A stretch of 62,158 bases of DNA, filler included, from Sphacelaria rigidula (GCA_964200075.2; 6 parts of 6 records of this genome joined end to end with filler, not necessarily neighbours in it), one strand, 5' to 3'; positions 12,461 through 25,400 are shown, numbered from the whole stretch's first letter. Notes: generated by a model not told the origin, from the sequence alone. Program-made: numbers and translations.

Positions 12461-15400
12461 CTTCAACATAGGAGTCTCTCTCAAGGCATATGTCCCGCTT
12501 TCCCATGCGGCCTACAAGTCTGGCCCACCTATGGTCTATGATTTGGACAACCACAGATCGCAACGCTCCGTCTCTGGCAGCGGGGGTAGCATGCATTCCA
12601 AGACCTCCGACCATCTCAGTGCAGCGCGCTGCGCTCCTGATGCCACCGAGCGCATTCTGCCCAAGACCACCGACAATTTCGGTTCAGCGCGCCGCGCTCC
12701 TGATGTCAGGGATGATTCCACCGTGGCTGCACCTTTTGGTGTCAGGGAACGTCTTCCGTTCACGACCCCTGACATTCTCAGTTCAGCGTACAGCGCTCCG
12801 CTTGCCGGGGATGGTTCCACCGCGGGTGCACCTTTCGAGGCCCCCCGCTTAACCACACAGAGCCAGTCGAAGCGCACGTACGCTCCTCGTGTCGGGTCTG
12901 ATACCCCAGTTGCACAATTCGTGCCAACCACAGCTGTTTCAGCTCCGCCGACACACAGTCAGGAGCGTGACGCTAAGCTCCTTCGGTCGACACCCACCGC
13001 TGCGCCACGAACACTTGCTTCGTCTTTCGTCGCCCGGTCTTCACGCCCGACGATTCCGTCGCGCCTCAACCCTCAGGACGATTCCACCGCCGCGCCATTG
13101 CCGTTGGCCACGGCCCCCTCGAACAACTGTTCTGTTCCTCATCGGCTGTAGTGTCCAATGATTCGGCGATAACAACTTTGTCACAAGCGCTTGCTGCCGT
13201 CTTTCAAGCCGCCGTGCAACATTCAGCCCCCCCTGGTCATGTTCACCTTCATGATCATGCGCAGCACCTACCTTCTGGATCAGCCATTGCCCCGGCTGAT
13301 GATGTTGTATCACCTTCGGACACTCACTCCGATTCGAGATCTGTCGACGACCACACTGCTAACGTACCTCATCATGGCGATGCAACAACGTATGCCCACG
13401 ATTTACGTGCCTTATTGCTAGGTTTATTATCTACCCCAGGATCCTCGATACCAAGATCCGCTGATCAAACACATGCAAGCCCTCTGTTGCCTCCCAACTT
13501 GACTTTGCCTAACGACTGCATGCCTAGTGTTCACGGCCGTCATAAGTCATCCTACGATAGGGGGGGGGGGGGGTATTTTGGGCCACTTCTTGCACGAAAT
13601 CCCAAGGCAAATCGCCGCTGAAATCTGCAACGGTTGCTCGAACGAGTTTGTCATAGATACATAACGCTCATTCATACCAATTGACACCGTTTTGAACCAA
13701 ATACAAGCGCATCGCGAGTGTTGCAGGTCATCTGACACACTCACCAGCCTTTTTTTGTGCGATCGAATACCTTCCCCCCCTATCGTAGGATGACTCTCAT
13801 ATTGACCGCGCGCTTCCGCCCCGACCGAATGCCGCCACTGTACGTGCCGTCGAATGTCAAATCGCAGATCTGCAGTTATACTGTACCTACAGTCTGTTCC
13901 AGTCATGGATGCTAAAGCGCTATCTACTACCACTTCACCTTCGGAACCGCCCCTGCCGCCGTGGACACGGACGCCGAGAGCGTTCGCGTCAGTGGGTCCC
14001 CGTCGACCACTGCAGCTGCGCCCACCAGCACGCCGACCGAGCCTCTCAGGCCTTCACCCCCACTATCCGCGCCCCCGGCCACTGTAGATACGACACCGGC
14101 CGCCTCCGCGACGATTCTTGCTTCGCTTCCGACGGCAAAGGTCGACGACCGCCCTCTCTTGGGTGTCGAGCACTGCCCGCACGGCCTCCTGCCGCGCATT
14201 TTTCTAGCCGGCCCGAGGGCCGAGCAGGCCCAACTCCTGCAAGACTATGCGGCGCTGGCCGCGCCCCCGGCCCCTGCCCCAACAGCATCTACCAAGACAG
14301 CGACCGCTGATAAGTTGGCCAACGAAATGGTCCAGGATGATTTATCGGCCAGGTCGGACGCCCAACAGTCTGCCGTGCGCCGTGCGCACACCAACCAAGA
14401 GGCGGCGAACAAGACGCTTCACGAACGACGCCTCGAAGCCTGTGCTCTTCAGTCCATTATCGGAGAAGACGAACGTCGTCCCCGCGCATACACCGACGCA
14501 GCGGATGCGGCGAAACGCCAATTGCGCAGCCTGGAGGCCGACCAACGACTTCCCCCTATACAGACGCCTTCGTCGCTGGTGCTGCGCTCACAGCCCACCG
14601 CAGACCCCAATTACCGTATCCCTCGGCGCGCTGAGCGTGTCACGTATGCGGCGGCAGCTGGTTCGACACCGTCTCCTGCACCTCCCCCGAACACATACTC
14701 CGCCGCGCGAATCGCGGCGACCGCATCGTCACCCCCCGCTGCGTTCCAGCGGCTGGACTTACAAGATCACGAGCGGTCGTACAATAAGCGACCTTTCGGG
14801 GCCATATGCTCCGCGCAACGTACTGCGCTGCTCACCTACAGCATGGGAGTCCCTCACATTGTCCATCATCAGCGTCGTTCTTCCCTTTCTCCACCAAGGA
14901 GGAACGCTTCCGGACAACGACCCCGGCAAGATTCCCCGAGGACAACTGGTGCTCGACCTGATCATCGGTACGGGCCCCGACCGTGCCGATTACCACGACG
15001 CCGTGTTCGCCGTTTATGCAGCGTTACGTGCTGCATGTGGCACTGCCTCACCAGCTGACAAAGATGATTGGACCACCCCACGGCCAACTTGTCACCGCAA
15101 CGATGACGACGACTATGATGACGACCATACTGGAGGTGCTCCCCGTCGCGGCGGCGGTGGACATTCCACCGACCACCGCCGCCAACAAAACCAGCGGACC
15201 CCGAGGTACCCGCGGCAGTAAACGCAACGGAAACAATTCCTCCAGCTCTTCGGCGAGCAATTTCCAGAATCGCCCGGCACAACCGCCCCCCGCTTCAAGT
15301 GTTGCCAGGCAAGTGACCCCTCGCTCAGCAGACGTGTTGGGACGTCTCTTGGGCCTTTCGGATAGTGACAGTTTGGATTGTCCACTGTCTTCAACCTCTA

Positions 15401-15544
15401 GGTCTTTGGCTGCTGCGGCCGCCGCCAAACAACACGCCGAGGCCCACAAAGCCGACGCTGTTGCTCTTGAAGATTCATCTCGTGTAGCCGCCATTAAACG
15501 CAAACATTTGCAGAAGAATGTAAAAACGTTGGCATATCAACACC

Positions 15545-16540
15545 ATGCCTGCTGCTGATCACGAAGACTCCGGTCCATTTATTTCCGGACTCAGTTCATC
15601 TACCCGTCGCACGACGAGAAACATCTTGGAACTATCCGACGCCACGGGATGGCAACGTTCCGAGATTTCCGACTGGGATGACAGTTGGCAGACTCCCTCG
15701 CACAAAGCGATACATCGTTCCATCAGTCGCCGTTCGCCCGATGTCGCTGTGTCGTTGACACAGATATTCGACAGTTTCTTCGCCGCTTTGGGCACGGATC
15801 GTTCCAACGGAACGAGAGCGCCGCTATTGTTCCGTTATGTGGGAAGGCGTATCATAAGTTACTTTGATACGAGTGACCAGGCCGGCGCAATCAAGCGCCT
15901 TAGTTCCTTCGCGGTAGCGTCGAATGTTCCTTTCGCAGACTATCTGCGCGACTTCAAGCTTTTGGTTTCCAGCACCACTGACACTGGTCGTCAACACGGC
16001 CCGAGCGATGCCTTGTGTCAAACGTATGTTCGGAATAGTATCGCGCAGCAGTTCCCTACGTTGATGCCGTCTTTGTTCCCTGGTGCCCTGACGCACAAAG
16101 AGATGCCTTACGCCTCTGTAGACGCAATGTGGGCTGCATTCGTAAATCAGGAAGTCAATTTGATACCTGGCATTCGTGGCACTCCCTATTCTTCCGCGTC
16201 TTCGCAGTCTTACGCTGCCCCCTCCGCGAATACCCCTGAGTCTCGTGGACGACAATAGAATTCGTCTTGTGGTACATGGACACCCAAATCTGTTGGAGGA
16301 TCAGTCATGACAGTTAAAATTCGTAATATCCCTTTAAGGCAAGCTTTGACGCTTGGCCTTATTTCACAGAGACTTTGGATGATGCATACATTATTTCGAC
16401 CACCGCCTTTGTCACGTATGACCCAAACTTGTGCACACCCTTGCTTTCGCCTTCGGTTCGCAATGGCGCTTTCTGTCGCCACGCTAACACATGCATCAAC
16501 TGCAATGGTCATGGTCACCGTATAATGCGTGACTGCCCTG
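15545..16540 (+). pseudogene. gag: Gypsy Gag remnant with CCHC knuckle
   Basis: Helical gag-like segment ADYLRDFKLLV...QTYVRNSIAQQFPTL, followed after a stop by a CX2CX4HX5C knuckle. Confidence 0.6.
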
Positions 16541-17007
16541 AAGTTTGAACCGACACTTTTCAGTGCATGAACCCTAGCTTGCAGGACAATAAACCAGCGT
16601 GGTGTCGATGGCAAAAACGCATGCGCGATTACCGTACACCTATTCGCACTTCTCTACAACACGCCAACACAAGCGGCACCATTCGCTCAAATCGCGAACT
16701 TCACCTCATCCATCACTATAGTTCTGGCTCTCGTCGGAAAGACAGCTCTTTCCGCCACCACCACAATTCAACTGACCGCACTGACGCCATCAGCGTATGG
16801 GGCCTCTTCAATATACAGTGGGGGTGACGGTTTAAGAGAGGGGTGTGCCAGATCAAGAAAACCTCTCTTAAACCCGACCTTCTACTAAATCGGTTTAAGA
16901 GAGGTTTTGTACTAAACCTAACAGTCGGTGTAAGAGAAAACCTCTCTTAAACCGAATGTGTGGGTTATCGACAGCCTTCGAACGGCAGTTCGAGCCGTGG
17001 TGCCGAA

Positions 17008-17116
17008 TGTGTGTGTGTGTGTGTTGTCGTCCCATCTATTCTGGACGCCGGTTCACATCTTTCGGTATATGTGGGCGCATCAGCCGGGGTCATACGGGAG
17101 GAAGGTCAACACAAAG
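17008..17116 (-). mobile_element. 5'-truncated SINE inside the pogo element
   Basis: Reverse complement of the SINE 3' end (ccacatataccgaaag...ccagaatagatggg...cacacaca). Confidence 0.8.
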
Positions 17117-17473
17117 TGTTGAAAGAGGGCATTTCATATCGTTGACACAGTGTTATTGTGCGCTACGGGACCCACATCCAGCGCGATGCCCCCTTGTGTT
17201 TGTGGAAAAAAACGATATATTCTGCGGTATCGTAGTTATCGCCACATCAGCTGAACAGAGCGGCCAACGCAACACATGCGCGCCACACACACGTCACATC
17301 TCGAAAAAAAAACAAGATGCAGGAAGGCAAAAAGACGGAAAATCACACAATTTCTATTGAACTCTGTACTACTGCACAGGTGCTGCTCTCACCACCAGTT
17401 AAACTCAAGTACCTACATCCGTTTTACTCAGCAACAGATATGTGACATGCGCTCATCTGCAGCTTCTGCAACG

Positions 17474-17785
17474 CTACATGAAGTCTGCCATGCAAGTTTG
17501 TTTTGTTTTCCTTGACCCAAACTCGTTCATCCAGGCCAACTTGGCCTTATCAAGATGGTACGACACATCCACCATGTTGCACCTCTCTGCTACTCTCTCA
17601 AGGTCCCCAAACTGCCTAGATACGTCAGTGTACGGTGGTGAATGAGGAGAGACTTCGGGCTGCGCGCGGTGGCTCTTGTCTCCACCCGAAGAGTCGGCGT
17701 CGTCGTCATCAGAGTCTAAGTTCAGTTGGGCAAGCGACACCTCACAAAGATCGTCCTTCAGATCGGCAACTACCGCTACTGCCAC
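17474..17785 (-). pseudogene. pogo-like transposase C-terminal fragment
   Basis: Acidic tract DSDDDDAD and terminal RKTKQTCMADFM (PIP-box-like), located inside the TA-flanked TIR element. Confidence 0.55.
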
Positions 17786-18897
17786 CTCTTTCTCCTCCTC
17801 TACGCCAAACCATGTCTTGACTGTGTGTTACAATTTCTGGACGTACTGGGATGTTTTTCGAACTACAGTACTGTACAGTAAAAGAGCGGGGGGGTTGGTG
17901 GTGGACCCGGTTTAAGAGAAAACAGAGTTCGGTTTAAGAGAGGGGTTCAGTTTAAGAGAACCAGGGTTCGGTTAAAGAGAGTGGTGTGCCAAGCCTTTTC
18001 GACCTCTCTTAAACCGGCAATTCTGTCAAACTGAGCTCTCTTAAACCGTGACCCCCACTGTACCTCAAACCCCAACGCCAGAAACCGTGGCTTATTCAGG
18101 GCAGATCGTAGTGATCCATGACGCGCCGACGCCGGCGTTATAGAGTCTTTGGCGGCGCCGATAGCACTCACGAAGACCTCTACAACCCACTCCGCGGAAC
18201 GAGTGATGAAACTTTCTCACTCCGTCTCCCTGGTATTATGTAGGAATTCAAAAGACGGTCGTTAATATCGGCTCCTGTCTTCATCCCTACACACACAGCG
18301 TAACAGTTGTGTTGACTCACCACTCAGCTCTACGCCCGGATCTGGACTTGGTCCTCCAGACCTGAGCGTAAATCTGAGGTGTGGGAACACCAACTGCCCG
18401 TCCCTGAGGCACAGGCTTTCCTCAGCGACCGCACGCACAGGCAGTAGTAGACTTCCTTCGACTGGTTCAAGTGTTGCTGGTCCAAAATCAATCGTTTCGG
18501 ATCATCCGACACCCACCCAGTCTGATCGAGCTCATTCCTCGCGTTCCTCGTACCACGCGAACCTACCCCTGAATGGTTCCCACGATCACCACTCCAACCT
18601 ATGTTCGGCTATGACTTCTCAACCAAGCTTGTCAGTGGACAGTCCACAAGTTTCGGCAGAGCATGCCCCAATGCTGACCCCATCCACCCAACTGGACGCA
18701 GTTGTGGTTTGCCAAGATATCTTCGAAGTCCCCCGCCCTTCGTCACGGCGAGAGAGGAAGCCTCGTCGACGTGTCCCCACAGAAGAGCGCGCACAAGCAC
18801 GCCCACCTCTCTCGAGCGAAAACTCTCAACCTCATTATCTCCACAATGCGAAGAATTTGATCTCGACGGCATTACCGGGCATCATCGAGGAATCCAA

Positions 18898-19172
18898 GAG
18901 CAGTGCTGCGGTAGGGGTTGCACTTTTTTAGGGAAAACGTTTCTCGGGGCTGCTCGGGGTGTTGGACGGATCATTTCGAGAACCGGCATCATCTTTACAG
19001 GAAAAATACTCAAAATGATGCCGATTCATGAAAAGGCCCCTGCGTGCAAACACCATGTTTCTGAGGGTCCGGTTCCCAGAGATTTGGGTTGCACAGCAAG
19101 CCCAATATATGTGGGCTCCTTCAATAAAGAGACCCAGAAACAAAAAGTGCAACCCCTACCGTAGCATTACTC
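18898..19172. mobile_element. Sola-like MITE (TSD CCAA)
   Basis: CCAA|gagcagtgctgcggtaggggttgcactttt ... aaaagtgcaacccctaccgtagcattactc|CCAA. Confidence 0.88.
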
Positions 19173-19494
19173 CCAAATCGGATATTTCTGACGCCACTGC
19201 CTCTTCAATGGATGACACCACACAGCATGAACCCCCTTTCAATGCTGACAACAGGGGATCTTACAAATTAGGGGATCTTACAAATTAGGGATGGATTTTT
19301 GGGGGGGGACGAGAAAGCCGGAGAATCAAAATCTTTGTATCCACACCAAATCTTTGAAATATGGTTCCATTTCTTCACCTACTGATTGCTATTGACAACT
19401 GCTACACGCAATAGAAATTTGGATGTCAATCACCGAAATGTTGGGGATCTAGGTGAAAAAACAATTTCGGAACCATTTTGGCATCCGTTCGGAC

Positions 19495-20609
19495 ACCCGG
19501 AATTCCCTATCGGCCTCACCCCTCGAGGTTGTCCCCAAAACTGATGGAAACATGCGCATCACGGTGAATTACAAATGGCTGAATCGCGTCATTGTCGTGG
19601 GAAAATTTCCGACTGCTGCCGAGATAGCCCCCCCCCGAACCGGCCAAAACAATGCACGGAGAAGATGATCATAAATGCCGTTAGAACTGGTTTTGTGCTG
19701 CACGACGCGACTCATTTGGGCGTTATAGCTGATATCGGACTGCTATACGCCTCTCGTGTGGGCTAAATTGCTGCAAACGAGCCAAATCGTGGAACCGCAA
19801 ACGTTTCGTTGGACGGTCTCCGGTGCACTTTTTGTGGGGGGCTATCTCGGCAGTAGTCTTCCGATTCCCCGCATTGATGAAGTTTTCGACTCACTCGGAG
19901 CGGAAAAAATTCAGCACCTTCGATCTCGCTTCTGGATTTTTTCCACCCTGATACAGTCCCTCTAACAGCGTTCTGTACATCTTCAGGGCTCTAGGAATGG
20001 CCCCGTATGCCACAAGGCGCCACCACAAACCGGGTTGTTTCCAACGTCTGATGCAACGAGTCACCGAGGGTCTCGAACACCTCATCATGTACTTAGACGA
20101 TGCTATCGCTTTCGGTGCTTCACCTAAGGCACATATTCGCACCTTACGGGAGTTCCTTTCTAGCTTGCGCGCGCATGATTTGGAATTGTCTCCATCCGAC
20201 GCTCGCCTCGGGGCGACCGACTTGGATTTCCTGGGACACTCCACCCCCCCAGCTGGACTTCACCCCGACACTAATAAAGTCCAGGCTATGACTGACGTGC
20301 TCATGCCCACCAAGATCACTCAGCTTCGCTCACTGCTTGGTGGAGTATCCTACTATCGCAAATTTGTGCCTCACCTGTCCGAACGGATTCGCCCCATCAC
20401 CGACTTCCTAAGGAGAGGCGTCGCATTTATTTTCACAGACGATATGGAAACTATTGTCCGTGATGTGCTGAAGACACTTACCGAAAAAACGGTTCTCTGC
20501 CTTCGAGATTGAGAGGCCGTGGAAGATGGCTCTCGCCTCTTCCAACTGCACACCGACGCTAGCACTGACGGGTTCGGCGCGTTTTTGCATCAGCCGCAAC
20601 TCGATGGCT
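19495..20609 (+). pseudogene. pol: Gypsy reverse transcriptase / RNase H remnant
   Basis: ASPLEVVPKTDGNMRITVNYKWLN, PIPRIDEVFDSLG, PGCFQRLM, MYLDDAI, FLGH, LRSLLGGVSYYRKFVP. Contains frameshifts and a MITE insertion. Confidence 0.92.
19611..19858. mobile_element. 248-bp MITE with GAC...GTC ends and 4-bp TSD TTCC
   Basis: TIR gactgctgccgagatagcccccc / ggggggctatctcggcagtagtc. Removing the element plus one TTCC restores RT GKFPIPRIDE. Confidence 0.92.
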
Positions 20610-20654
20610 GAGAAATGCTACGGTAGGGGTGCACTTTTTTCGCGAAATTTTGTC
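20610..20654. mobile_element. left end of a Sola-like MITE, cut by the contig end
   Basis: gagaaatgctacggtaggggtgcacttttt matches the family TIR. Confidence 0.75.
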
Positions 20655-20754
20655 NNNNNNNNNNNNNNNNNNNNNNNNNNNNNNNNNNNNNNNNNNNNTT
20701 AATTAATTAANNNNNNNNNNNNNNNNNNNNNNNNNNNNNNNNNNNNNNNNNNNN
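20655..20754. other. artificial contig spacer
   Basis: N run with TTAATTAATTAA. Confidence 0.97.
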
Positions 20755-21055
20755 GTGTTATGGTAGGGTAAATAAAAAGGAGGGTAAGCTGCTCTATTCC
20801 ATGTCCATGCCCGGGCTGTGTTCTAGTAGGTTAAAGAAAAAGGAGGGTTAGCTTCTCTATTTCCTGTCCATGTCCGGGCTGTGTCATGGTAGGGTAAATA
20901 AAAAGGAGGGTTAGCTTCTGTATTTCATGTCTATGTCCGGGCTGTGCTATGGTAGGTAAAATAAAAAGTAGGGTTAGCTTCTCTACTCCATGACTATGTC
21001 CGGGCTGTGGTATAGTAGGTTAAATAAAAAGGAGGGTTAGCTTTTCTATTTCGTG
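20755..21055. repeat. 63-bp minisatellite, ~5 copies
   Basis: Units start at 20755, 20818, 20881, 20944 and 21007 (gtgttatggtagggtaaataaaaaggagggtta...). Confidence 0.9.
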
Positions 21056-21621
21056 ACAGTCTGTACATTTGTCTAGGTTTTGGTGGCTTGTTTTACAGCG
21101 CCGTTGCCACTCGACGCCAACCTTGACGGAGGGAGGGGTGTTTTTAGTATCATGCATGTCATAGTTATCTGACCTTGACGGGGGGGGGGGGGGGGGGGGG
21201 GTTTGGCGCGGGGGGGTCCCAATGATACGGCCCCCNNNNNNNNNNGTGGTCGGGGGGGGGGGGGGTGGTGGTTTTGGGGCGTGGGGTGGGTGTTTGCTGG
21301 TGGGGGGGGGGGGGGGGGGGGGGGGGGCGTCGTTTGACGCAGCGGGATCTCAATGATACAGCACCTCATCTATGCTTCATGACGTCCCCGTGAGATGCCC
21401 AGTGACCACCTTCGTGTTTTTAGCTCGCGTCTGACACAAACTACCGTTTCTCGTTGAACTTTGAGTCATTTTTGACCGAAGTGAGTCATCACTTGCTCAG
21501 CTGATCAGCAGCTACGGCTTGAGATATATGTTTTTGTTTTCGATTGTTGATTACGTTGGTTGGGCGGGGCGCCAGGCGGGGGGGAAGCCAGCTATACTAC
21601 CCACACTGAGGGGGAAAGATG

Positions 21622-21854
21622 TGTAGCAAGCATAATGGCTCGTCTTCGTCCCATGAGCTGCCCGTATTGCGGAGAATAGGGGTCGTCTACGTTGCCGTCG
21701 TCATGGCGCTGTAAACACTAGGACCCGCGGCGAGTAGACGGAGCTTCGGTGTAGTAAGTGTAGTCTAGAATAGTCTAGGGGGGTCGGGGTCGTCGACGAA
21801 GCCGATGTAGTCGCAGTTGCTGGAGTCGTGATCAGGTAAGCGCACCTTGCTAAA
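21622..21854 (+). mobile_element. probable 3' LTR preceded by a polypurine tract
   Basis: PPT gagggggaaaga at ~21608-21619, then tgtagcaag...cttgctaaa short terminal inverted repeats. No partner LTR in the window. Confidence 0.45.
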
Positions 21855-21859
21855 TCACC

Positions 21860-24502
21860 GAAGTCACTTTCGACGATAGCCCCCGCCCTCGAAACCAGCC
21901 CAAAACTGTCACGAAGAAAATGGTCACACAGCGCCTGATGTTCGGAATCAGGCTGCATGAAGCGCCTCATATGGGCGATATTGGCGCACCCGCACCCAAG
22001 CGTTGGAATTCCCAGCTGCTCGTTGTGCTCGGCTTTGTTTATTTCAATTCATGTGTAGATTTTGCCTCCGCAAACCAGCCACTTCCTCTTGGGGGGGGGC
22101 TACCGTAAAAACCGCCCGAAGAAGGGACTCCAGAGCCTTGTGCCAGACGCACGCGCCCTTCAGTAAACATTTTCTGCGAAAGAAAATATTACGCACGCGA
22201 AACAATACTATAGCCGGCGATGACAAACCGCACCGAATGCTCCCGGGCCAGCTACCGTGCCCGCCGCGCCCTTTCGCATAGACCTGTATCTTCGGTTCAA
22301 CGGACAGCGTTGCGCGACATTGCCAACCCAGTACAGCAATGTTTGTCGACGAAAGCGCCGCAGGTCAATTTCCCGTTCCCACGTGACCCGCATCAACTCC
22401 TTCCAATGCGTCTGATACATCACCGCTAGTTTATCGTCACGGCCTCGGACCATTTGGTGTGCGCCAATATGATCGAGCACTACTCGTTCGATGGGGGCGG
22501 TGACATCTTCTGTCGTGATATGAAAAGGCGACGACTTGGTGGCGTGCTTGGTCAACACGTTCTGACCAAATCCCAGCGGGGGTTGTTTGGGCGTGTTAGT
22601 TGTATCGTGCGGCGCGGTGCAAGATTTGCAACGCAAGACAGACACGCGATTCGTGTTCTTGGCGGAGGTCCTGTCTCATCCGTGGGGTATTCAATGTACA
22701 AGAGTTTCTCTCCATTGGGGCGATCATCCGGGGCTGTAGCACTTGGTCCAACACCCAATCTCTTCCACAGCCCAATCCAATTCAGGGTCAGTTTGGCATT
22801 CAACACCTTGTCCAGCGAATCACCTTCCACGCTAGCTACTTAGCAAACGGTTTCCCAACTTTACACACCCACACCCATGCACCTACCTTCCAGACTTGTC
22901 GCTTTTGCATTACCGCTTCCAATGTGACATTTGCACTATTATATCTTGCCGAGTTAACTTTGTCTTCTTCACGAACAGAGCCGAATGCAAATCGCAGTTG
23001 ATGGCTTAAAATGTCGTGATACTCCCTGATACCTTGCTCCGAACTCCGGTGTCCGCCGGCGTTTGAGCGTTCAAATACCATTAATGGCAACCGCGGCATG
23101 CGACCAATTCGAATTTTGTTTGGTGCGAGGCCAGCAGCGGTGTGAACCGAATTGTTTTAGTTCGTTTGGACAAAAGGCAGGTGAAGGTGTCAATATATCT
23201 GTCGTCCGTTCGTGACGACTGACAGCATTTATGCCATCATATGATTGACACGTTCCGTCCCCTCGTTCGTGTTTGGATGGTACAAACTCGTGAATAGTCG
23301 GTGGAAGCTCAGTAGATTACTGACCGTGGCAGAAAGTTTGCTGAAAACGATTGACCATTGTCGAACACCAGTCTTCACGGCACACCCCACTGTATCATGT
23401 TCTTGCACACGAACATGTCAGTGGTGCCCACCGCGGTATAGATGGATTCCGAAACAGCATACATAACGACGTGTTGACTGAATCTATACGTAATCAACGA
23501 TGTGTGCCTGTTGCTGCTCTCCGTGAGGGACGGTGGTCCAAAGTAGTCCTCAGCTATACAAGATGGAGATGACTGGTCAACGCACATTCTATCGAGGAGT
23601 CTTGCGTGCGTGACAAATTAGACAACGGCGAAGCCACCAACGTACACAATGGTCAACACAAGTCACCAGTACAAACGTTCGATTAACTGGGTCGTGCATA
23701 TTGCACTCACGTGTGTCGAGTCTTTGCAATGGCACTCGTATAGGACCCATGGTTTCATCCTCATCGGTACGTATAAGCGAAGGAGTTCGTCATCAAGGAA
23801 TCCAGCGTATCGACCCGTGGATTGGTCTGTCAATGGGGCCAACTTGGGCTTGCGGATCAAGATTACAGTGCCGTCATCATCAGTTTGAAGTTTGCCTTCA
23901 CGAGGCAGTTCAATAACTTCATCATGCGTTGGTGCCCGAAGTTGTCCGGCGGGATTATATTATACGCGCGCAGGGGATGGTAGCGGACAGTTCTGAGACA
24001 GATAAGTATCGCTACGCGGCAGGCAGGTTCTGCTAACTGGTGCCACGCCTGATCATGGGAGCACACGCTCAATTTTTCTTGCGAATTTGCTCGTTCGGCT
24101 GGGGAACCGAGAAGACAACCGTGGTCACCGTGAATGTGGTAGTAGAACTGTACTTTCTTGGGAACTGATGTACAAGGGGTGACGAGCTCCGATAAAGGAA
24201 CGGTACTACGGCTTCGATGTCCATAAGCGACTCATCGTCGGTAGGAGACTGCGCAAGAGTGGTGATTGCTGGTATCGTTTCGGCTACTGGTACGAGTACG
24301 ACCAGGGGTTCATCGATCGTCGGCAGGTCGGGTGGTGGTGAACCTGCATTGGGCGTTGTTTCGTATCGATGTGGTTCGGGTGGGACCAAGAAGCTAGTCG
24401 GTACCGATACTGGCGTTGGCGGGGCAAGGTCGGACCCAGAACTATGAGCGGCTGCTTCTGCTGCTCGGCGGCCCCTCGTTCTACCCGAGACAAGGTCTCG
24501 CG
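21860..24502 (-). mobile_element. decayed Ty3/Gypsy integrase region with chromodomain-like tail
   Basis: H2C2 region LYVPMRMKPWVLYECH...H...RLYW (23663-23860), KLTLNWIG GPY/F-like motif (22552-22830) and chromo-like segment LDHIGAHQMVRG...MYQTHWKELMRVTWEREIDL (22208-22645). Confidence 0.8.
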
Positions 24503-24753
24503 TGTTCATGTGAACGGGTACACTGAGTGAGCATGCACATGTGCGGATAGATTTATGCTGACGCACGGGTACTGGTAGTCAAGTGTGTGTGACTACAGTA
24601 CCATGCTCAGGCCGGCTGCGACGCTGGCGTCTAAGTTCACTCCATATCTGATCCCTCTATGATAGGATCGACTCCGTCAAGGCACTCTCCAATAAAGCAA
24701 AAGAAAAAACTATCTATCCTTCGCCACGGGCCACGGAATACACTAGTGTTACA
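24503..24753 (+). repeat. Copia-1 5' LTR
   Basis: TGTTCA...GTTACA with aataaa. First 159 bp repeated at 30353. 3' boundary inferred. Confidence 0.85.
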
Positions 24754-25400
24754 ACCGGTTGGGCAGGGTGGCAGATCAAGGTAGTAGGCCTGCTATAGTA
24801 GTCGGTGAGCAGGGTGTTTTTGAGCAAATGCGGGAGGTGAATAGCCGGATGAGTTCCATGGCTCAGCTACTGCGTGATTTACAGTTGAACCAAGCTGCTT
24901 TACAGGGTAACATGAACGATATGAGGGCAGTAAGAGAGGCCGGGGCGCAGAAACCAATGGCGTCGTCGATAGTGATGATTCCCATAGTCAACAGGGGGAA
25001 TCCAACACAAACAGAACAGTGGAGCGATATGGTGTGCCGGAGTTCGAAGAGACCGACGGTACATCGGGAGTCAAGCTGTTCCGGAGGAAGGAGCGCGCGA
25101 CGCAGGTGACAACGAGGCCACAAGTTACGGAGCTAGGGGCTTTGTCCCCGCACGTGAGTCAATCTTAGTACACGATGCAAGTGGAAATGTGTCAGGGGTT
25201 CCCGTTTTTCGACAGAACGTCCCAAACATTCCAGGGAAGAACGCTGATTTTTCTCGGTACAGACATGAGCTGGTCAACTTCGCGAGGGGCGAAGGAATTG
25301 ACTGGGTGTTTACCATGGCCGACGATGGTTCGCACGACGTAGATTCGGTGACCCTGAATTAGCACCGGGGTATCTGGAAAGTAGACACGGGAAGGACACA

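Larger units (their letters stand above)
16816..18060 (-). mobile_element. non-autonomous pogo/Tc1-mariner element (1245 bp)
   Basis: TA|cagtgggggtgacggtttaagagag ... ctctcttaaaccgtgacccccactg|TA. About 11 subterminal CGGTTTAAGAGAG-type motifs. Confidence 0.9.
12531..20609 (+). mobile_element. decayed Ty3/Gypsy retrotransposon with nested insertions (boundaries approximate, truncated at contig end)
   Basis: Gag-like ORF 15545-16258, zinc knuckle CINCNGHGHRIMRDC at ~16493-16537, RT motifs and RNase H start LHTDAS near 20545. Confidence 0.8.

Noticed and set aside
20755-21055. CRISPR-like periodicity
   Set aside because: Whole 63-bp units repeat with no unique spacers and no cas genes; a minisatellite.
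21160-21330. Poly-Pro ORFs / G-quadruplex
   Set aside because: Poly-G tracts beside internal Ns; low-quality sequence.
21622-21854. LTR as the 3' end of the + strand Gypsy at 12.5-20.6 kb
   Set aside because: Separated by an artificial contig join, and no matching 5' LTR was found.
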